In this document: positions 58,063 to 64,000 of the stretch, piece by piece
How positions within the stretch are numbered: position 1 is the first letter of the stretch
How the letters are laid out: the number at the start of each line of letters is the position of its first letter
Assembly: GCA_015222805.1 (NCBI GenBank)
Contig: JADFVZ010000061.1
Span: 49,317 to 113,316, forward strand
Source of the DNA: Pseudomonadota bacterium
GTDB lineage: Bacteria; Pseudomonadota; Gammaproteobacteria; Xanthomonadales; SZUA-36
Length of the DNA stretch: 64,000 nucleotides
Direction of reading: 5' to 3'
Notes under the pieces: model-generated
Database searches by the model: none
Told to the model about the DNA's origin: nothing
The model's input: the letters and a program-made list of their open reading frames with translations, nothing else
Program-made: the position numbers and the translations under genes

Positions 58063-58798
58063 GTTTGCTGGTAAAGTCGCCCTGGTAACGGGTGCAAGCC
58101 GGGGTATAGGGTCTGCTATAGCCGATCGCCTGGTGCAGGATGGAATGATGGTGATTGGTACAGCAACTTCTGCAGCTGGTGCTGAACAGATTGACTCCCG
58201 CCTGTCACAACTGGGCCAGGGAGCGGGTCGCGCACTTGATGTAAACAATGCAGATGCGGTAACTGCGTTGGTTAAAGAAATCACCACAGAGTGGGGCGCT
58301 CCAACGATATTGGTTAATAATGCCGGGATTACCCGCGACCAGTTACTAATGCGGATGAAAGAAGATGACTGGGAAGCGGTTATTGATACCGACCTGCGCT
58401 CAGTATTCCGTTTAAGTAAAGCCTGTCTGCGGGGAATGATGAAAGCCCGTGATGGCAGGATAGTAAATATCTCTTCAGTCATTGGTTCTACCGGCAATGC
58501 CGGCCAGAGTAATTACGCCGCAGCCAAGGCGGGCATGACAGGTTTTTCCAAATCCCTGGCAAGGGAGATCGGCTCTCGCGGGATCACGGTTAACGTAGTG
58601 GCTCCGGGATTTATCGAAACAGATATGACTGATCAGTTACCCGATGAGCAAAAGTCTGCCATGCTGGGACAAATTCCGTTAGCCAGGCTGGGAGGCGTTG
58701 ATGATATTGCCGACGCAGTTTCCTGGCTGGCATCAGAGGGGGCGGCATATGTTACCGGCCACACGCTGCATGTTAATGGCGGTATGTTCATGGAGTAA
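58055..58798 (+). CDS. fabG: 3-oxoacyl-ACP reductase
   Basis: ALVTGASRGIG, NNAG and YAAAK. I prefer ATG 58055 (MSEFAGK), which overlaps the fabD stop by 8 nt. Confidence 0.96.
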   Translation: MSEFAGKVALVTGASRGIGSAIADRLVQDGMMVIGTATSAAGAEQIDSRLSQLGQGAGRALDVNNADAVTALVKEITTEWGAPTILVNNAGITRDQLLMRMKEDDWEAVIDTDLRSVFRLSKACLRGMMKARDGRIVNISSVIGSTGNAGQSNYAAAKAGMTGFSKSLAREIGSRGITVNVVAPGFIETDMTDQLPDEQKSAMLGQIPLARLGGVDDIADAVSWLASEGAAYVTGHTLHVNGGMFME

Positions 58799-58973
58799 AT
58801 TAGAAATACATCGTATCATATTGTATATACAGGTAATATTTATATTTTATAAAACTGAGGGTAAGAGTGAATTGAACTGGTTAGCTCGAATGTAAGCCGT
58901 CTTGCGGAGCAAACAAACCAATCAATTTCAGGTATAATTACGGCGCACTTATTTGCATAGGAAACTTTTAATC

Positions 58974-59207
58974 ATGAGTAATATTGAAGAACGCGTTAAG
59001 AAAATCGTTATTGAACAGCTGAATGTAAGTGAAGATGAAGTTAGCAATAACGCATCATTCATTGACGATCTCGGCGCGGATTCACTGGACACAGTCGAAC
59101 TCGTTATGGCGCTTGAGGAAGAATTTGAGTGTGAAATCCCTGACGAGGATGCAGAAAAAATCACCAATGTACAAGAGGCTATTGATTACGTAACCAGCGC
59201 AATCTGA
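58974..59207 (+). CDS. acpP: Acyl carrier protein
   Basis: 77 aa: [12 protein letters not shown]...[19 protein letters not shown]. The longest ORF (58953) adds 7 unlikely residues. Confidence 0.98.
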   Translation: MSNIEERVKKIVIEQLNVSEDEVSNNASFIDDLGADSLDTVELVMALEEEFECEIPDEDAEKITNVQEAIDYVTSAI

Positions 59208-59227
59208 GCTTAGTATTAAGTATGTTT

Positions 59228-59259
59228 CATCACGGCCGGGCGGGACCCTGGCCGTGATG
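59228..59259 (+). terminator. Stem-loop after acpP (partial terminator/attenuator before fabF)
   Basis: catcacggcc-(12-nt loop)-ggccgtgatg, a 10-bp perfect stem. The T-tract is weak (gtgttt). Confidence 0.5.
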
Positions 59260-59314
59260 GTGTTTAAAACCAGCTCCGGGACGAGCTGGAATAACCATCT
59301 CTCGAGGACACACA

Positions 59315-60562
59315 GTGAGTAAGCGTAAAGTTGTCTTGACCGGCATGGGTATCATCTCACCGGTTGGTAATACACTTGAAGGTGCATGGGATGCGGTTTC
59401 AAACAGTCGTAGCGGAATTGCACCTCTAACAGCGTTTGATGCTACCGATTTTAAAACCCAGTTTGCCGGTGAGATCAAAGATTTTGATATCAGTGACTGG
59501 CTTACACCCAAGGATGCGCGGAAAATGGATCCGTTTATCCATTACGGCATGGCTGCTGCACTCGAAGCGATTAAGGATTCAGGTTTTGAAGAATATTCCG
59601 AACTTGATATGAATCGGGTTGGCGTCAATATAGGCTCTGGTGTTGGCGGACTGGCCGGTATTGAGGCAACCACGCTGAAAGTCGATAAGATGGGTCCGCG
59701 CAGGATTTCACCATTTTATATTCCCTCCACAATTATCAATATGGTCTCCGGCAACCTTTCAATTATGAAGGGTTATAAAGGCCCTAATATTTCCTTGGTT
59801 ACTGCCTGTAGTACGGCTACCCACAGTATTGGTATGGCTGCCAGGATGATTGCCTACGGCGATGCTGATGTAATGATTTGTGGCGGAGCGGAATACGGCA
59901 CCACAAAAACAGCCATGGGCGGTTTTAGTGCAGCCAGGGCATTATCCACGCGCAATGATGACCCGCAGGCGGCGAGTCGACCCTGGGACAAAGATCGGGA
60001 TGGTTTTGTCCTCAGTAACGGTGCTGGTGTCGTCGTCGTTGAAAGCGAAGAACATGCGCGCAAACGTGGCGCACGGATTTATTCAGAAGTTGCAGGCTTC
60101 GGCATGAGTGGTGATGCCTTCCACATGACATCGCCACCCGCAGGTGGTGAAGGCGCGGCTCGCTGCATGCAGATAGCACTTGCTGATGCGGGCGTGAATC
60201 CGGGCGAAGTTAATTACATTAATGCGCACGGCACCTCTACCCCGGCCGGAGATACCGCAGAATCCGATGCAGTCAAAGCTGTTTTTGGAGCACATGCATA
60301 TAACTTGATTATGAGTTCAACGAAATCCATGACAGGTCATTTGCTGGGCGCTGCCGGTGGTATAGAGCTAATCTTTACTGCCCTGGCACTGCGGGATAAC
60401 CTGGCGCCGCCAACCATTAACCTGGATCAACCCAATCCTGAAGACGACCTCAATTATGCCGCTCACACGGCTGTTGAGATGCCGATTGATGTTGCGATTT
60501 CGAATTCATTTGGATTTGGCGGGACTAATGGCAGTGTACTGTTGAAACGCTACACGGGGTGA
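59315..60562 (+). CDS. fabF: 3-oxoacyl-ACP synthase II
   Basis: 415 aa with a GTG start. VVLTGMGIISPVGN, active Cys in TACSTATH, plus HGTSTP and GFGGTNG. Confidence 0.96.
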   Translation: MSKRKVVLTGMGIISPVGNTLEGAWDAVSNSRSGIAPLTAFDATDFKTQFAGEIKDFDISDWLTPKDARKMDPFIHYGMAAALEAIKDSGFEEYSELDMNRVGVNIGSGVGGLAGIEATTLKVDKMGPRRISPFYIPSTIINMVSGNLSIMKGYKGPNISLVTACSTATHSIGMAARMIAYGDADVMICGGAEYGTTKTAMGGFSAARALSTRNDDPQAASRPWDKDRDGFVLSNGAGVVVVESEEHARKRGARIYSEVAGFGMSGDAFHMTSPPAGGEGAARCMQIALADAGVNPGEVNYINAHGTSTPAGDTAESDAVKAVFGAHAYNLIMSSTKSMTGHLLGAAGGIELIFTALALRDNLAPPTINLDQPNPEDDLNYAAHTAVEMPIDVAISNSFGFGGTNGSVLLKRYTG

Positions 60563-60640
60563 GTATAGGGCCCCTTGGAAACGGCCAGCCATTTCCGGCA
60601 AGCCGCGCCTTGCAGCTAACGGCTTCTCGTCACGCTGAAA

Positions 60641-62041
60641 GTGCCATTAAGTACGATGCAGTACACTAGGCAGCTGCCTGGGCTACCTGACCTTATTGGC
60701 TTACACAGGCTGTATCCGCAGAAGTATCCGCATTACCTGAGTAGTGCGGCAGACAGTGCGCTGAACCATCCTAATGAACGCTTTTCAATTCTCTTCCTGG
60801 CCCGGGGTGAATCCCTGGAATTAAGCCAGCATGGACAGTTGAATACCCCGGCTGAACTGGCAGTTGCAGGGAATGGTTTCCTGGAAACCCTCGATGCGTG
60901 GTTTCATCAGCTAAAGGTTCCATCCAATGAGGCAGACAAACTACCGTTTTACGGTGGCTGGTTTGTCTTTATTGCATATGAGACAGTTGCTGAGATTGAG
61001 CCTGTTATTGATTTGCCACAACCTGATAACATTGGAAGTGAAGGGCTTTTCCCCGTGGCCTATGCACAGCGTTGTCCAGCGGCGGTTATCATTGACCATA
61101 ATGAAAATACGGCATGGCTGGTAGCTGAGGAATCCAGCTTACTGGATGAAATGCTGGTTGACTTGAAATCAGCACAAATCAGTCATTCAACACCAACACT
61201 GCCGGACTTTAAGCTCACGGTCGATGCTGATGAACGCTACCTGTGTGCAGTTGAAGCAGCTATAGAATACATTCTTGCAGGAGATGTTTTTCAGGTTAAT
61301 CTATCGCGTGCCTGGAATATCCGGGCAGAACAGGCGATACCCGAATCGATGGCTGTCCTCGAAGCCTTACAAAAAAACAATCCTGCTCCCTTTGCCGGTT
61401 TATCACTTTTTCGGGGACAGGCAATCATCAGTTCATCCCCGGAACGCTTGCTGGAAATTCGTGGAGACCTGGTGCAAACCCGTCCTATTGCCGGAACTCG
61501 GCCCCGCTGTTCAACGGCAGAAGGGGATCGCGCACTACTTGAAGAGTTGATTACCAACCCGAAAGAAAGGGCTGAGCATATTATGCTGATTGACCTGGAA
61601 CGCAATGACCTTGGCCGTGTGTGTGAAACCGGCAGCGTTGAAGTTGATGAACTTATGGTTATTGAACAGCACCCACATGTGCATCATATTGTTTCCAATA
61701 TCCGTGGCAGGTTACGCCCAAAGTATTCCCCAATTGACGCCATACGTGCGGTATTCCCTGGCGGTACCATCACCGGTTGCCCCAAGATTCGTTGTATGCA
61801 GATTATTGCCGAACTTGAAGGTTGCAGGCGCGGTGTTTATACCGGTTCCATGGGTTATCTTGGCAGAAACGGCAACCTGGATATGAACATCCTGATCCGC
61901 AGCCTGTTTCAGCAGGGTAAAAAGCTGGTATTTCGTACCGGTGGTGGTATCGTTGCAGATTCAGATCCTGAGGCTGAACTGCGGGAAACCGAAGCTAAGG
62001 CCAAAGGGTTATTGATATCATTGGGACTTAAGGATGCATGA
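60641..62041 (+). CDS. pabB: Aminodeoxychorismate synthase component I
   Basis: 466 aa. Chorismate-binding fold (SPERLL, PKERAEHIMLIDLERND, GGTITGCPK, GGGIVADS). Overlaps pabC. Confidence 0.85.
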   Translation: MPLSTMQYTRQLPGLPDLIGLHRLYPQKYPHYLSSAADSALNHPNERFSILFLARGESLELSQHGQLNTPAELAVAGNGFLETLDAWFHQLKVPSNEADKLPFYGGWFVFIAYETVAEIEPVIDLPQPDNIGSEGLFPVAYAQRCPAAVIIDHNENTAWLVAEESSLLDEMLVDLKSAQISHSTPTLPDFKLTVDADERYLCAVEAAIEYILAGDVFQVNLSRAWNIRAEQAIPESMAVLEALQKNNPAPFAGLSLFRGQAIISSSPERLLEIRGDLVQTRPIAGTRPRCSTAEGDRALLEELITNPKERAEHIMLIDLERNDLGRVCETGSVEVDELMVIEQHPHVHHIVSNIRGRLRPKYSPIDAIRAVFPGGTITGCPKIRCMQIIAELEGCRRGVYTGSMGYLGRNGNLDMNILIRSLFQQGKKLVFRTGGGIVADSDPEAELRETEAKAKGLLISLGLKDA

Positions 62042-62870
62042 TTGTTTAATTGATGGTGAAATTGTCTCTCAGCTACCGGTGAGTGACCGTGCTTTCCTCT
62101 ATGGTCACGGCGTTTTCGAAACCATCGCCTGTGAATCAGCCAGTCCGATATTCTGGCAGCAACACTTCAGCCGCCTGCGTGAGGGCTGCACGCGCCTTGG
62201 CCTGGAAATGCCTTCTGAAACTGTGCTCTTGCGGGAATTGCAGACAGTTTGTGCAGGCAAGCAGTTTAGTGTGGTTCGAATCACCCTCAGTGCGCAGGGC
62301 GGAACCCGTGGTTACTCGGCTCACCCTGCTGGCGCAGCTAGCCCGGTTCGGCGCACGGTTATCTGTCACCCCTGGCCAATGGAGGTGGAGTTGCTACGTT
62401 TAAAAGGTATCGAGCTACCTATTGCAGACTATCGCCTGCCGCATAATCGTAAACTGGCTGCAATCAAGCATTGCAATCGCCTGGATCAGGTAATCACAGC
62501 CTCGGAACCGGCGGTACGCGAAGCCGGTGAAGGCATCATGCTGGATCAGGAAGATTACGTAATTTCATCGGTATCAGCCAATATTTTCCTTGTAAGCGGT
62601 GACCAGTTGATCACCCCAAGAATGGATCGTTGTGGAATCCATGGCGTTACCCGTAGTGTGATCCTGCAGGCTTTCGCCCATCGCTGTGAAAAACGTCGGG
62701 TAACACTTGACCTGTTACGTGAAGCCGACGAAGTTTTCCTCTGTAACAGCGTTCGAGGGATCTGGCCGGTTACCCGAATTGGCAACTGGAATTTTGAGAT
62801 TGGTCAGGTTACCCGTGAGGTCCAGGACTGGCTCGGAAGCCAGTCAAGGCTGCTGGCAAAACCCGCATGA
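62034..62870 (+). CDS. pabC: Aminodeoxychorismate lyase (class IV aminotransferase fold)
   Basis: 278 aa: DRAFLYGHGVFET... with Lys in the AIKHCNRL region. Conserved position before mltG. Confidence 0.85.
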   Translation: MHDCLIDGEIVSQLPVSDRAFLYGHGVFETIACESASPIFWQQHFSRLREGCTRLGLEMPSETVLLRELQTVCAGKQFSVVRITLSAQGGTRGYSAHPAGAASPVRRTVICHPWPMEVELLRLKGIELPIADYRLPHNRKLAAIKHCNRLDQVITASEPAVREAGEGIMLDQEDYVISSVSANIFLVSGDQLITPRMDRCGIHGVTRSVILQAFAHRCEKRRVTLDLLREADEVFLCNSVRGIWPVTRIGNWNFEIGQVTREVQDWLGSQSRLLAKPA

Positions 62871-63865
62871 ATAAACTCCTGCTTTTGCTTGGTTTGCTTT
62901 TGCTCTCCCTGGCTGCTTCACTGGCCTGGGTCTACAATGAATACGAAGGGTTTTTAAATCATCCACTGCACGTTCAGGAGCAGGGCAGGGTAGTTGATAT
63001 TCAGCGCGGCAGCAGTTATGCCGCAATGGTAGACCAGCTCATTAGTGCGGGTATCAGCCAACAGCGCTGGCCCTGGCGTTTGCTGCAGCGAATTCAGCCG
63101 CAAGTAATCCAGGCCGGGGAATATCACCTGGAAAGCGGCATGACCCCGCAAATGTGGCTGCAGCGTCTTAGTAAAGGGGATGTTGTCCGTTACAGCTTTA
63201 CAATTATAGAAGGCTGGCGGGCGGCAGACCTGTTGACTTCACTGCAGGCCGATCAGCGATTAATACAAACACTTGATACAGGTACACAGCAAGATCTCGC
63301 AAAATCCCTGGGAATAGAAGATAACTCGATTGAAGGCTGGTTCCTGCCCGAAACTTACAGCTTTGTACGTGGTGACAGTGATTTTGATATCCTCAAACAA
63401 GCCTATCAATCCATGCAGGATAAGTTAGCTTACAACTGGGAAGGTAAAGCAGATGATTTACCCCTGGCTAACCCGTATGAAATGCTAATCCTGGCATCAA
63501 TTGTGGAGAAGGAAACCTCCCTCGCAGCAGAACGTCCTGATGTGGCGGGTGTATTTGTTCGACGCCTGCTGAAAAAGATGCGCCTGCAGACAGATCCCAC
63601 CGTAATTTACGGCCTGGGAGATGCTTATGATGGTGATATCCGCAGCAAGGATTTGCGTACAGATACGCCTTACAATACCTACACCCGCTTTGGGCTTCCA
63701 CCTACACCCATTGCCCTGCCGGGTGAGGCCTCACTAGTGGCAGTGAGCAGGCCGGCTACCGGCAAGGCGCTCTATTTTGTTGCCAATGGCAGCGGCGGGC
63801 ATACTTTTTCAGACACTTATGCGGAACACAATAAGGCCGTACAACAGATGCTAAAACGAAAATGA
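62867..63865 (+). CDS. mltG: Endolytic murein transglycosylase MltG (YceG)
   Basis: 332 aa with an N-terminal TM, then ILASIVEKET, LQTDPTVIYG and YNTY motifs. Confidence 0.93.
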   Translation: MNKLLLLLGLLLLSLAASLAWVYNEYEGFLNHPLHVQEQGRVVDIQRGSSYAAMVDQLISAGISQQRWPWRLLQRIQPQVIQAGEYHLESGMTPQMWLQRLSKGDVVRYSFTIIEGWRAADLLTSLQADQRLIQTLDTGTQQDLAKSLGIEDNSIEGWFLPETYSFVRGDSDFDILKQAYQSMQDKLAYNWEGKADDLPLANPYEMLILASIVEKETSLAAERPDVAGVFVRRLLKKMRLQTDPTVIYGLGDAYDGDIRSKDLRTDTPYNTYTRFGLPPTPIALPGEASLVAVSRPATGKALYFVANGSGGHTFSDTYAEHNKAVQQMLKRK

Positions 63866-64000
63866 GCCCGGTTTTTATCAGCCTTGAAGGCAGTGAAGGC
63901 GCCGGTAAGTCAACCTTGATGCGGGTTATAAACAGGTGGCTGGAAGAGCGCGGCGACACAGTCGTCAGCTGCCGCGAACCCGGGGGCACAGCGACGGGTG
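63862..64000 (+). CDS. tmk: dTMP kinase; 5' part only, runs off the window
   Basis: My translation from ATG 63862 gives MSPVFISLEGSEGAGKSTLMRVINRWLEERGDTVVSCREPGGTATG, with a P-loop and the REPGGT motif. ATGA overlap with the mltG stop. Confidence 0.9.
   Translation, partial: MSPVFISLEGSEGAGKSTLMRVINRWLEERGDTVVSCREPGGTATG

Noticed and set aside
1-64000. Window-wide search for rRNA, tRNA, tmRNA, CRISPR arrays, IS elements, integrases and prophage genes.
   Set aside because: No regularly spaced repeats were seen, and no tRNA-like T-arm in any intergenic gap longer than 100 nt. No ORF has transposase, integrase or phage motifs.

Overview
This looks like a chromosomal core region of a gammaproteobacterium; gene order closely parallels the Pseudomonas and E. 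coli housekeeping blocks. I count about 62 protein-coding genes. I found no rRNA, tRNA, CRISPR array, transposase or integrase. Gene blocks, in order:
- 1-872: ThrE-type exporter, partial.
- 1.0-7.6 kb: pheA-hisC-aroA-cmk-rpsA-ihfB.
- 7.6-14.5 kb: lapA-lapB, a GT4 initiating transferase, a wbpM-like dehydratase, galU, an esterase and nfuA.
- 14.6-21.7 kb, minus strand: two monoheme cytochromes c, DUF502, slp, tgpA, DUF58, moxR, phhB and phhA.
- 21.8-24.3 kb: an FAD oxidoreductase and a patatin.
- 24.3-25.5 kb: an AT-rich islet carrying one transglutaminase-like gene.
- 25.5-29.4 kb: a YhiN flavoprotein, a class-V PLP enzyme and a divergent sulfotransferase-like gene.
- 29.5-36.3 kb: a TetR-fadE-fadN-fadA beta-oxidation operon.
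- 36.6-44.8 kb: ndk-rlmN-pilW-rodZ-hisS-yfgM-bamB-der.
- 44.8-47.0 kb: a rhodanese-ThiF gene followed by a second AT-rich islet.
- 47.0-49.6 kb: a GPx-like gene, folD and an MBL hydrolase.
- 49.6-54.4 kb: a fadB-like gene, a thiolase, PPK2 and an acyltransferase in one operon.
- 54.5-64.0 kb: maf/yceD-rpmF-fabHDG-acpP-fabF-pabBC-mltG-tmk.
I did not find a convincing multi-gene novel system; there is no defence-like, toxin-antitoxin or secretion module. The strongest sequence-level signals are:
1. A 91-nt in-frame ghost copy of the 3' end of the rhodanese-ThiF gene. Together with the live 3' end it brackets a 1.1-kb AT-rich islet carrying a Bacteroidetes-style DUF6090 gene.
2. A perfect 16-bp inverted repeat at the junction between the class-V PLP enzyme and YhiN.
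3. A PPK2 and an acyltransferase packed tightly into a beta-oxidation operon.
4. A glutathione-peroxidase homologue whose catalytic Cys and Gln are substituted.
5. An N-terminal-rhodanese ThiF/MoeB architecture whose start overlaps the der stop.
6. Gaps in otherwise conserved synteny: ispG, plsX and the variable O-antigen genes are not at their usual positions.
All family assignments come from motif recognition by eye; no database search was run.
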